From assembly GCF_036321535.1 (NCBI RefSeq), contig NC_087438.1, positions 3,970,001 to 4,034,000 of the forward strand: a stretch of 64,000 nucleotides of DNA. Direction: 5' to 3'. The DNA is from Camelus dromedarius (lineage: Eukaryota). This document shows positions 1 to 12,420 of this stretch, piece by piece; the stretch's first letter is position 1; every line of letters begins with the position of its first letter. A program made the translations under genes and the position numbers. The notes beneath the pieces were generated by a model. The model was not told the DNA's origin. It did not search any database and saw only the letters and a program-made list of their open reading frames with translations.

Positions 1-1986
1 TAGCATAGCAACAAGTTGCCTCTGCCTGTTTTTCTTTTTTTCCATCCTGCCATTAATTTCCCTAGAACAAAAAAAAAAAAAAAAACAACCAAACTTCCCT
101 TTTGTAATGCAGGTGCATTGGAATCTGCTGTAACTTTCGGTAGGTTGCCACAGAGAGATGTAAGATCTCCTGCCCAAACAACTGCTTGTGTGCCTGGGAA
201 CTGGGAGTGGAGGAAGCAATGATTCGCCATGCAGATTAACTGTATCCAAGACTGGAATCCATGGGTTATATGCCATCTTCCTTTTCCCTTTGTAGATTGT
301 AGACTTGGCTAAACGAGTCCCCAAGGCTTGTCTGAGTACAGATGCCCCAGGAGTATTCCTCTCGTGCATTAACTTAGAGCCTAAAAAAGATCCATGACAT
401 TATTTATCAACTTCCATTTCAAAGTGGAGAATGTTCATAGATTCCATGTTAGGGATGAGAAGTGGGTGAAGAAGAAGCAGGATGTGATGGAGGTGTTCTG
501 AAGACGCTCTGGATGGCAGATGTTCGTATGCCCTTGCGTGTCTCCCCCTTTGGAGCTGTTTCCTTTTGGTTAAAGAGGCTGGTAGCTGCTCCTTGGCCAT
601 ATGTGCTTGTCCTTTTGTAGGTCAAAGGCCACGTGTCATCTCGGAGAATCAGCATCTCATGGTGGCTGGATGGAGGCAGAAGGGAAAACTGTGACCAACA
701 CCGGAGCGTAGTTGGCCAGCCTCTCACTGACCGCTCCCTTGTCTCTGGGAAGGGTCAGACTTTATGAAAGGGATCCTTCATAAATATTTGGTGAGTGAGT
801 GTTTGAGAAGCCAAAATAATCCTATAAATGTTTCCTGCAACTTCCCAGGAATTTCATGCAGAAGGTGCGTGCGTGGTCCAGTGATTTGCTTTCTTGCATG
901 CCAGCTCTTCACTCTAACAGCTGTGATTTTCATGGTCTCTAAGCCAGGCTGCAGGCAGATAAATAGATCCAGCTCAGGCAGAACTCTAAGCAAAACCAAA
1001 TAAACCGTTCTGGACCTGGAGAGTCATTTTGTATGGAAATTTGAGCAGCCAGCCGGCTGTCCTGGAGATCAGCAAGCAGCCTTCTGATGCACAGTGTCGC
1101 TGGAACAGCCGGGTAGGCCCGGGTGAAATGAGCTCTGGGTTATCCTGTTTGATCCATCAAGCTTTTAAACCGCACCAGTGCAGAGCTGAACGAGGCTCAC
1201 CAACAACTCAGCCGTGCTTTTATCAATGTCATGTGCATCAGCAGATGATCCCCAAGCACTGAGCCTTTGCAACATACCATGTAACATACCTTTGTAACAC
1301 ACTCCTCCCCTGTGCTGCATATGTGCTGTAAAACTGAGCATGTGGCATCTGCTAAACAGTGTGTGGCTCATGCACGAACAGCCTTGAATAAATAAGTGAA
1401 GGCTGCACCAGCTTCCTTCTGTTTGCAATTTAGTGGATGTGCTTTTCTGCAGCAACCTAGGAGTCGGTCCCGGGGTGGGGAATTGCGCTCAGGTGTTCTC
1501 CAGACTGCACATGGCCCCATGGCTGGAGGACCAGGCCCCATTGGGTACAAATGTGGGTTCGCCTCGATGTGAGCGAGATGTGTCTTCAACTGCATGCACT
1601 CCCTTTGTAGGTGAACCTCTCGTGATGGAAGCAGACGTATCTTCCATGCATTATTTACACATAAGGATGAAAACTGGGAAAAACATAGAAGAGACAGTTT
1701 GAAGACCACGATGCCAAGGAGTCTTATGACTGCTTCTGTTTCATGCTAGGAGGGAGCAAACAGGTTGGACTATCAGGCTGAGCATCTCCAAGTTTTGGTC
1801 CCAGACACTAGTTACTAAGGGGGTACATTTGAACCTGACTCTCCCTCGTACTGTCCCCAAGTCAAAGGCCTCTGGGTGCTGCATCTGTCAGCCCTCCAAG
1901 CCACTTCTGCCCTGCAAATCCGGTCAATGCTGGCAAAGGAGAGCTGAGAATTTGCTGATGTGGCCTATGGCATCACTAGCACTGTC

Positions 1987-2030
1987 TGTGTGTGCGTGTG
2001 CGTGTGCGTGTGTGTGTGTGTATGTGTGTG
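1987..2030. repeat. (TG)n microsatellite with TGCGTG variants
   Basis: 44 bp of alternating purine-pyrimidine sequence (tgtgtgtgcgtgtgcgtgtgcgtgtg...). Confidence 0.95.
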
Positions 2031-3159
2031 AGAGAGGGGTGGGGCAGGCAGGCAGGAGAGCTGTGTGGAGATGGCCAATAGTGGGTGGTGAGATAGAGAG
2101 GGAAAGATGAAAGAGAAAGATGAGAGAGAAAGGTCCTCTATCTGCCATCCTGGAAGCTCTGATGGTAGGCGAGCCTCTGACGATCGGTCCAGCAGACTCT
2201 GGAGAAAGTCTGAATGGGCACTCAGCCCACCACCCCGTGCTATGTAGCACGCAGCAGTCTGATGCTTGGTATCTGCTAGCTCTGGCTGCACAAGGGGGAG
2301 ATGAATGGCATTCCTAGGGCACTGCACACCCAACTCACACACGCACGTTGGCTCAATGAGTCCAAAGTCCCACAAAGGCTCTGGAAGTTATTAAAACCAC
2401 GTGGTCTGGACTGTAAAATATTCTGAGAGGTTGGACTCCTGTCCATGGCTCCGTGCTGAGCATTCTCCAAGCTCTCTTTTATTTAACCATCACCCGTCAT
2501 GGTCAGTGAGAAATTGCATGCGTCAGGATAGGGCAGGGTTCGCTGAGGTGACAAACAGCAGACCTCAGCCCATTTCTTGCTCCCAGTCAGGTCCCAGCCA
2601 GCTTGTCAAAGCCGCTTCCGCCGTGTGTTAGGCTGGCGTCCAGAGCTGCCCACTGGACACCTGCTCTCCTGGCCACTGCGGCAGCGGGAAGAGCATGGGC
2701 AATCACAGAAGTTATTGCATAAGCCCCTTGACTTGGTTCCCTCTTCTGCTCTCTGCCCGCCCTGTACGCTACTCTTTCTGTTATCCACCTGGTAACCAGA
2801 GGGATCCTTTAACTCTTCTACGTAAAACCTTCCAGCGGTTTCCATCTCAGTAAGAGCAAGTTCACACTTTGATGGTTTCCAATGAGAATTACAAATCGAC
2901 TTCCACTCTCACTGCCTCTTAGATATTACTGTTTCTTTTTCCTCCCTTGCTCCCCATGTTTTTGCCACATTTTCCTTCTTTCTTGCTTTTGCATGAACAC
3001 GGCAGACAGGCTCCCACCTCAGAGCTTTTGTTCCTGAATCCTCTGTCCGGCATGTTCCTCCATCAAATATCCAAAGAGTCGGCACTCTCACCTCCTTTAG
3101 GTCTCCCCATTACCGACTTCTACATTAACTCCACAGAGACCAGAGAACATCTCTGGTAG

Positions 3160-4660
3160 GACTTAAATCTTCTCCTGTTGATTGAGACTTGTTTTATGGC
3201 CCAGAATATGGACTATCTTGGTGAATGAGGGAAGAACACACACTCTGCTGCTGTGGGCTGGAGTCGTCTGTAAATGTCAGTTATGTCAAATCGGTTGATA
3301 GTTTCATTCAAATGTTGCATGCCATAACTTATTGTATGCCTCTTGTTGATACAAATTGTTGGGAAAGTGCTATTAAAATATCTGACTATTTTGTGTATTT
3401 TTTTTCTTTGTAGTTCTATTAGTTTTTCTTTCAAGTCTTTTGAAGCCCTGCTCTTAGATGCATGAACGTTTAATGATAACACGCTGTCTTAGTTAACTGA
3501 TCCTTTTATCCTTATGAAATGATCTTTACACCTCGTGACGTTCTTTACTAAAATCTACTTCATGTGCTATTAACATAGCCCTCCAGGTTTTATTTTTTTA
3601 ATTGGTGTTAGCATTGTATACATTTACCCAAACTTTTTAACTTTTTACTCATATGTGTCTTTTTATTTACAGCATTTTTCTTGTTGATAGCATGTAGTTG
3701 AATCTGACAACCTGTCTTCTAAGTAAGATGCTTAGACCGTTTGTTATTTGATGAGGTCATTAATACGGCTGAGTTCAAATCGGTTATCTTGCTATTTGCT
3801 TTACATGTCTCCCATCTGTGCCTTGTTCCCTTTCCTCGTGGTTTTTGCCATCATTTGAAGTAATTGTGTACTTGTCTTTGATCCATTTTATCTCCTTACT
3901 AGTCATGACTCATCAGGTCAGTAGTATCCATCTCTAACTGATCACAGACCTTCAGGTGGTGTTTTACCTCTTGACATATTGTGCAGGAACCTTACAACAC
4001 TCTCTGCTCTCACCTCTCCCCTCCCAACACTGGTGCGATTACTAACATACGCTTTACTTTCCCACGGTACAAACCCCAACCTACATTGCTACTCTTCTCG
4101 TTGAAAGAATCAACAATCTTTTCTAGAGACTCAACTAACAGGGACAATTTACACAGGAATTTATCTTTTTTCGTGTCCTTTCCCCCTTGTGCACGTTCAT
4201 ATTTCCCATCTGGCATTACTTCTCTTCCTAAAGGTATTTGCTGAGTATATCTTGTCTGCGTATCTGTTTGTCATGAATTCTCTCAGCTTTATGTACACCA
4301 AAAAGTCCTCCTCTATTTATGAAATACATTTTGTGAGGTAGAGCGCTCTAGGTGGGCAGCGTTTGTTTCCTTTCAGTACCATGGAGACGTTCTTTTATCT
4401 TCTCACCTGCATCATTTCTGATGAGAAATCCCCTGACACCTTTATCTGCAGCCCTCTTTATTGTGGCTTATTCTGTCAATAGCTGCTTTGAAAAAAGCTT
4501 CCCTTGCTGCTGGCTTTGGGCAACTAGGATGTGATGTATCTTTGTGTAGCCCGCTTCAAGCTTTTGGTGCTTGGCATTCATTGAGCTTCTTGAATTTGTG
4601 AGTTTACAACTTACATTAAATTTTGAAAACTTTTGGCCATTATGCTTTCAAATACTGTTT
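3160..4660 (-). mobile_element. Ancient LINE-1 fragment (ORF1 end to ORF2 endonuclease region), antisense
   Basis: Minus ORF 3213-3482 gives LNETINRFDITDIYRRLQPTAAECVFF, homologous to LNTTIGKLDLVDIFRALHPPKIGYTFF in the young L1 endonuclease in this window. T-rich antisense L1 texture continues to about 4660. Confidence 0.8.
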
Positions 4661-4974
4661 CTGGCCACTCCCCCTCCTGCCCTGCAGAAGTTCCTTCCCA
4701 AGTCCCATGAGATTCTTGAGCCTGGTTGGTGGAAACAGGCACCATCCCCAGCTCCGTGGGAGCGCCGAGCCCACGCCCCCAGTCCTCTGTGGGAGTTTTT
4801 CCTGGTGTCAGATGGTTTCCTCACCTGTGTGTACGGGCGCCTCGTCTATGAGCCCTTCCCAGCCTGCTCTCTAAGAAACTGAAGCCACGCCCTTCCTAGC
4901 CATTTCTGTCCCCTCAAGAGTTACTGTTTTCCATAACACATATGACACAGTTAGCTCCATAACAGTAGGAATTT

Positions 4975-5135
4975 GAATCCACTTTGTTCACGCTGTTTCC
5001 CCAGCGTCTAGGATGGTGCCACACACAGCAGATGCTCAGTAAATCTGTATAGGATGAGTAACTAAATTGTACATTTGAATGAACTGTTGAATGAATACAT
5101 GACTCGATGAACAACTGAATGAATATGGAATAAAT
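4975..5135 (+). mobile_element. L2 LINE 3' end
   Basis: ttgttcacgctgtttccccagcgtctaggatggtgcc...gctcagtaaat followed by a degenerate (TGAA)n tail, matching the recalled L2 terminus. Confidence 0.7.
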
Positions 5136-8100
5136 GAACCACTCCAGTGAGGACCATCCATGGTCCTCAGTGGATCATGTTTCAGTAAACAAATGCTCTG
5201 CTTCCAGGTTTACCAAACCAGTATTTTTGCTGTTTTCTGTGTGTAGAGGCAGAATCTGTCAGGTGTGTAGCAGCCTTGATTCTGGGGCCCAGCAGAGGTT
5301 CAGGGGAGAGACGCAGGGACTCCCAGGATTTGAGGGTCAGTGACTGGTAGGTGGCTGCTTTACCTGTGACGTTGACAAGGCGAAGCCTGGAGGCTCCAGC
5401 TAAGGTCATAAAGCATTGATGTGGATGCAAATTGTAACCAAATGAGTGAGGGGAAAAAAAAAAAAAACAGGGGCAGTGTAGACTGTGAAGTGAGAATGAG
5501 AAATGAGTTAGATTGATGTGCATGAATTTAGGCTCAAGCAAGATTCAGGAGTAAGGATGAAAACAAGAAGAGATGAGGAGGATCAGGGGAAGGATGTGCG
5601 CACGCCCCAAGACCCAGACCAGTCCTGTTGACTGTGGATTCTCTTCCAGTGCCTTCATCCTGGCAATCCTGCCCCAGGTCTTCTCAAGCCATCTATCCTG
5701 GTTGCCATGGGAACATTGATGCTTCTTGGACCTCGAGGCCCCAGTTGGGTTTAGAAAACAAGAGTATGGCACAAAGGGCCAACATGTTTCTCTGGCTTCA
5801 GAATGGCTGTTTGGAAGATGAGTGGAACAATTTCCAGGCTGGAATGCTGATGTACCAAATTAGCTTCACATCTCATTTAGGTTAATTGTGAGCCAGAATG
5901 CCTGGGCCTTCCTGGGTTTGGTCATGAAGGCCAAGAACATCTTGCAAATCTAAAATAAATTATACATTTGGCAGCAAAAATTTCTAGACGTCAATCATAA
6001 TTTATAAAGTAAAACTCAGAAATTTCAGCAGCTTTGGAAAAGTTTTTAAAATATGGATATTTTTCCAATAAAAAAAAAACTTTTTTTTTTTAGGTATGTG
6101 ACTGCATAGGAGGGAGTAACTTTTTTCAAAGAGCAGTTTCTGAAAGTTTTAATTATATTGCATGTATGAAACCTAACTGAAAAAAAGAAACTCCTCAATA
6201 TTTAACAACATTTAAATGTTTTGAAATGGGAATCAATTTTCAGTGTATTCTTTGAGATGTGTACTCACATATTGGTCTAAATCAACTTCTGTACTTTCAA
6301 AACAGAGGTCAAAATGGTCACTTATTGTTGAACCTGAGTCTGATGTGAAAGTCAGAATGAACTGTAGGCGTTTCAATACCACGTCATTATTAATGAGTAC
6401 TAGTGGCCTTGGTGAATTTGGAGCGTCTTCCATAAAACACACACATTGTTGGCTTTGTTATCAAAAGGAAAATCTGAATACTTTGATCTGCTGCTCTCTG
6501 TTCTTTGCAGCTGTAGGTTTTCACAGCAATTTTGGGTCTTCAGACTGGCCTTTGATCTTTCTGGCCCTTTTGGATGAAACCATGATTCTGGAAGTGTCGG
6601 CACATATCAGTGTGCTCCGAAAAGGGCAGACTGTACTTCTGCAGTGTCTTGTCTGCCTCAGTTCAGGCTTGACTGTGTTTTTAAGTAGAAGGTGCCTGAG
6701 CCACTAGCCATGGGGAGCCTGCATGGCAGCCAGCAACAGTGTGGTTTCTCTGCACCTCATCATTTGCTCAGGGAGCTGTTCATCTCTGATGTGTCTTGGC
6801 ATCAGCAGGGCACTCCAGAGAATAACACCAAGGCAATCATTTTGCCGCCTCCACGATGACTAGAGGAAGAGTACAGAGCTGATGGAAGGTGGGACATCGA
6901 CACCCTCTTTACCTCCCTTCGCTGCCTTTCTCCTGAGAGTTCACCCCAGAATAATCTCGAGTCACCAGATGGAGACTTAGGATTTACGATAACTATTTAG
7001 CATTCCTAATAATTGAGGCTGAAATTTGGGACCCTTGTGTGCGCCACAGAATTGGCTGTGAAACGCAATTGTTTTAACTGGGAATACAATTGAAATTGTA
7101 ATTTGACTGAAATTGAAATCATGGATATTACATTAAAATTATAAGCACATGATTTGCTTGCCGTACGGAGTGAACAATGAAGAGAGGAAGGAGGAGTTAT
7201 TGACCCACTAATGAGATTTGATGATTTACCTAATCAAGTGTAATGAAACTTGAGAAGCGGCAGCCACTTGCTTCCTGCTGGGGTGATTTCAAAGATGCGA
7301 ACACAGAGACCCGCCCTCTCCCGGATTTAGTAAAGGTGAAAAGGAATGCTTTACAAACTCGATTACTGAAAACTGTGAATCTCTGGATTAAAAACAAAAT
7401 GAAATGTTTACACTCTGCCCCTCCCTGGAGGAAATGCAGGTTTATGAACACACGGGAGGAGGGCAGGGTGGCACTGAGTGTCGGGAACACCCAGCCCTGC
7501 TTCAGGTCACTGGCGTGTCGGCGGCAGGTTAGGAGCTGCCGAGTGCTGTGGGTGGGAGGAGGGGAGCCCGGGCCCACGGCCTTTCCGACTAGAGCCCATC
7601 CCCATTCGGAGCAGATGTGTGGACAAGGGACAGATTTGTGGCATTCACTTCTTACCTTTGTTTTCTCCCTGGACCAGCCTCTCTCTTGGCTTTCTCAGAA
7701 TCCCTATATAAAATATCGCCATTGTTGTCCAAAGAGTGTTTTATGTTGGGCTACAGAGCAACGTGGACTTAGAGGTGGTTCCTCGTCGTCCCCTCAAGGG
7801 CTATACCTCCCCTGAGGATGCCTTCCTTAACCCAAAGTTACCACTAGAGCATCTGCTGGGGTTTAGGGAAAAGACACAGAGCGGTCTCTTTTCCTCTTGT
7901 TCCCTGAGTGCCAGGCAAGCTGGAAAGAGAACAAGGGATGTGAGTGAGAGCAGAGGGGCTCAGTGACTTCCCGCATGGCCTTTGTCAGGGTCAGCTGGGG
8001 CTCATGTCTCTGTCCTCTCCCAAAGAAGCTGCCCAGGGGAACTGAGGGAATCCTGCTAGACACAGGCTCTGTGGCCAAGCCTGCAACCAGCTATGCAGAG

Positions 8101-9002
8101 AATGGCTGCCTTCCCCCAACGGCTTCTACTGCAGAGGGTGCCGCCCTCCAGGGGACGCCTTCTGCTCCTGGACACCTTCCCCTCAGCCCTGGTGGGCCCT
8201 CAGGAGGGGACGCAGTCCTCAGAATCCCGAAGAAGGAACTTTGTGAAGTTGCAAAATGATCTAAAAGGGTCAGGATGCAGGGCAGGCATGGAATGACTTG
8301 TTTTGTCTTGCAACCAATGTACTTTGGGGAAACATATATTTAATTACTATCCCTGTGAGTGTTAACAGAGAAATAGAAGGAAATCTAATTCAGAAAAACA
8401 AGTGAAAAGTTTCTATTCGCAAGTTTATACATACAAGGAACACTGGCTTTCAATCCGGGTGTTTTGGTTTAGTACAATGGAAATACTGGTTATGACCTGC
8501 AATTATAAGTTTCCAAGCTGAGGCTTAGCTGGGTTTGGACCAGGAGAGTGATGGAGTCTGGTGTGATCATTTCCTCAGAAACGTGTCAGGCATAGAGCAA
8601 ACACTGAGGGACACCTCACAGGAGGTGCAGAGGGAGGTCTCAAGGGAAAGGAACCCAAGCCCATCCAGAGCAGGCTAGGTGTGCTGGGGCAGGCGAGGGC
8701 AGTGTGCCGGGAAATTCACTGGAGGACTTGGAAAGGTGCACAAAGGCATCACCCAGAAATGACAGCAAGCTCCAAACCTGGAGCCATGGGCCTCAGTTTA
8801 CCCATGATCCTGGAACTCAGGCCACTTACTTTGTGTTGCATCCCTAACTTACCCACTTCTGCAAACACAGTTTACACCCAGGCCACTTGTCTTTTGATTC
8901 TTTCTGAGGGCTGGGTTGAAATCTGTCTTCTTGCTCTCTGTGTTCACAACACTTACTGTTGGGAGAAAGTGGAAGTCTGGGAGCTGATAATGAAAGACGT
9001 TA

Positions 9003-9272
9003 GACATAGAAAACTAACTTATGGTTACCAGGGAGAAAAGGGGTGGGAAGGGATCAACTGAGAGTGCAAGATTTGCAGATACTAAGTATTATATATAAAA
9101 TAGATAAACAACAAGTTTCTACTGTATAGCACGGGGAACTGTATTCAGTATCTTGCAGTAACTTGTAATGAAAAAGAATATGAAAGGGAATGTATGTGTG
9201 TATATGGATGACTGAAACATTATACTGTACACCAGAAATTGATACAACATTGTAAACTGACTATACTTCAAT
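9003..9272 (+). mobile_element. 5'-truncated L1 3'-UTR fragment (older subfamily)
   Basis: Aligns by eye along its length with 32243-32406 plus 37800-37905 (ttatggttaccaggg...agatttgca...ggaact.tattca.ta.cttg...aatgaaaaagaatatg...tgtacaccaga). Confidence 0.9.
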
Positions 9273-9469
<197 letters not shown>

Positions 9470-9560
9470 TAGGTTGATTTCATAGCCAAGAGGTTCTGGA
9501 CAGCGTGGGAATCCCTCAGCTAATCTCTGCTGCTTTCTGCAGAGAGGAACCCATGTGTGC

Positions 9561-9656
9561 TGTAGGAAGGGCTGTAGGAAGGGCTGTAGGAAGTGTTGTA
9601 GGAAGGGCTGTAGAAAGTGTTGTAGGAAGGGCTGTAGGAAGGGCAGTAGGAAGGGT
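9561..9656. repeat. 12-bp minisatellite TGTAGGAAGGGC x8
   Basis: Eight tandem units; units 3 and 5 end in AAGTGT. Confidence 0.95.
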
Positions 9657-9891
9657 CAGGACCTTGGCTCCTTCTGAGACTTCACCTGAACTAGAGGAAC
9701 TGTGTGCAGGGAGCAAACAGCACTGGGGTCACATTCTCCAGAATCACAGTGGAAGCACGTGGCAGAAGGCAGCGAGAGGCCAAAGGAGCTAGTGTCCTAT
9801 GAGAGTTAGTCTGTTTCTCCCAACTAAATAATTTGGGGAGGTGGGTGAGAGAGGAAATGCCACACAGAAGATCACTCACTGCATTTCTAGG

Positions 9892-10467
9892 TTGATTAGG
9901 TTTCTATCACTGCTGTAATGCATCACCACTGATCTAGCAGGTTTAAAACAACATAAATTGATCATCTTGCAGTTTTCATGTCAGGAATCTGACACAGGTC
10001 TCACGAGCTAAAATCAAGGTGTTGGCAGGTTGCCTTCCTCGCTGAGGCTCCAGAGAGAAGCCATCTCCCTGTCTTCCCCAGCACCTAGACCTGCTTATGC
10101 AAATTGTTGGCAGAATTCAGTTCCCCAGGGTCGTGGGACTGAGGTCCCAGGCACGTGCGAGCCGTCAGCTGAAGGCATCCCAGCTTTCTGAGCCTGTCTT
10201 CACTCCTGGCTCACAGCCTCGACCTCCACCTCAAAGCCAGCAGCGGCGGGCCTGTCCCCCGCACTCTGCTCTCTCTGGCTCCCCTGCTTTGGAGGGTTTC
10301 TGTTGTTGGACTGCATCCACTCAGCTAACCCAGGATAATCTCCCTATCTCAAAACCCATAATCTTAATCTCCCCCACAAAGAGTCTCTTGCCAACTATGA
10401 TAACATATTAAATTCCTAGGATTAGTGCATAGACATATTTGGGGGGCCATTATTCTCCTTATTGTAC
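9892..10467 (-). mobile_element. MaLR LTR (MLT1-type), antisense
   Basis: Recalled motifs ctgctgtaa...tttaaaacaacataaattgatcatcttgcagtt...gctaaaatcaaggtgttggcagg and the end ggggggccattattct. Confidence 0.75.
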
Positions 10468-10829
10468 TAGGAATTTAATAACAAAAATAAGATTGTAAGT
10501 CTCATAATTATAATTTATACCAGAAGCAAGTAATTTTATGCTAATTGAAAATATTCTTCCTTTAACTTGTCTTCTAAAGACCTTACCTGGTGGGGTCATT
10601 AGAATTTATTTAAACTATTAAAATTAGTTTAAATTAAATAGTTTAAAAAATATTAGATAACCTTCCTCTTCCTCCTGATTCTGATTCGCCTCACTATTCG
10701 CTGACAATAGGTATTAGCTGAAAGCCGCTGCAACCGCTGTGGCCCAAGGTCTGGGCATTAGTCTGCAGCCTTGCCAGCCCTGTTCAGCTGTGGTTCTCAA
10801 TGGGTGCTGTCCTTTATTCTCAATCTCTT

Positions 10830-11090
10830 TGTTTTCTTCAAAGTACTTGTTTATTTTCTGTCTTCCTCACTGGAAATTATAAAAGATCATGAGTGTTTTA
10901 TCACTAAGCACCCAAACCTAGTGCACTGTGTCTGAAGAACAGCAAGTACTTAGTAAACATTTGTCAAATGTGGACATATTTTTGAATGAACAAAAGGGTG
11001 GATGGGTGGATGAATGGATGAATGGGTGGCTGGATGAATGGATGAATGGGTGGCTGGATGGATGGGTAGGTGGGTGGACAGATGAATAAA
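10830..11090 (+). mobile_element. L2 3' end with (GGAT/GAAT)n tail
   Basis: cctagtgcactgtgtctg...tacttagtaaacatttgtcaaatg followed by a (TGGA)n-like repeat at 10997-11085. Confidence 0.6.
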
Positions 11091-12194
11091 TCAAAGACTC
11101 TACAGAATAGTCTTTCACTGAGAGGAAATTTTAACCAGGTAACTTTGGTTTCCTCTCACTGCTTAGATTACATGATTCTCTAAGCCTGACCATATTAGGC
11201 AGGAGGAATAAAGCTTTCCACTTGTATACACTGTATGATTTTTAGGTACTTTCACATCCATCATCTCCTTTAACTGACACAATACCACTAGCAAAAATCA
11301 AGTATGTATCACTCTCATTTTAATTACGAGGAAATAAAGATTTAAAAGCTGGTTAGTTTGAAAGGAAGGACAGAACTCCGGGCTACTAATTTCCTATTCA
11401 ATCCATTTGATCTGTATTAAGTCTGTGTAGAACCAACCAGGCCATGAACCCCCACAATTCTGATAAATACATGAATCTAACTTCCAAACTCTGGTTTTCA
11501 AACCTGAAAACAAGTTTGTACTGAATCCCAAAAGCTAGACCCAAGCCCAGGGAGGGCTGGGTGTGGAGTGGGAACATCAGGGTCCTTAGGGACCTGGTCC
11601 CAGTGCTTCCCCTTGTTCCTGGGCAAAGTCTTCTTTCACAATGCAGGGACATTAATGTCATGTTTTCAGGATTGGAGAGAGATAATGTGTCTAAAACACA
11701 TGGGTCCAGGGCCTGAAGCTCTGCAGAAATTTTAGAGTCTAAAATTAAAGTTTCTACATATTGAGGGCCAGTCTCGCAGGTCTTGACAGGTGTCCTGACA
11801 TCCTGAGAGCTGCTGTGGCGAGAAGAGCTGAACTGCTTATCCCAGATCTGAGGGGCGCTTTGGAGACTGGGACAAGAAAGTGTTGCGGAAACTCACGATC
11901 AGAGAGCAGGGCTCGAGTTTGCCACACGCCTTCCTTCCTCTGAAAACCGTCTCGGTGAGGCTCTATGTCTTAGCACTACCTCCATTACTCCGCTTTTGCT
12001 TTGTTTGATTCTGTTTTTTCTCTATTTCTTCCAGAGTTAAAAATAAATTCACCTAGGAGTCCTAGACACAAGCACTAAATACTTCTGTTTGCAAGAAGAC
12101 ACTTCTTTGCATTGTTGAAGGAAAGCAGCCCTCACTCCTGCTTCTCCAACAGGACACTGACTCACCTCCCTCCACACCCAGGGAGGAAGAGACG

Positions 12195-12420
12195 CCGGGG
12201 TGGGAAGGGACTGGGATTTCAACATGTAGAATAGATAAACGAGATTATACTGTGTAGCACAGGGAAACACATACAGGATCTTGCGGTGGCTCACAGCGAA
12301 AGAGAATGTGACAACGAATGCATGTATGCTCATGTGTAACTGAAACATTGTGCTGTACACTGGAACTTGACGCAACATTGTAAAATGACTATAACTCAAT
12401 AAAAAAAATGTTTAAAAAAA
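12195..12420 (+). mobile_element. Short 5'-truncated L1 3' end, related to the young L1
   Basis: Matches 37572-37787 (gggtgggaaggga...ctgggatttcaa...cacagggaaa...tgtgacaa...caacattgtaaaatga.tataa.tcaataaaaaa.tgtt-polyA). Confidence 0.9.

Noticed and set aside
6243..7815. Longest apparently non-repeat ORFs (154 aa and 190 aa)
   Set aside because: No recognisable domain or exon structure; the lengths are compatible with chance.
8141..8160. Weaker CTCF-like words (cctccaggggacgc here; ggccagatggcgg near 18437)
   Set aside because: Mismatches at high-information positions of the motif.
9505..9792. 12-bp repeat array as a CRISPR-like array or VGRA-repeat protein
   Set aside because: Head-to-tail units with no spacers in mammalian DNA; the ORF is a by-product of the repeat.
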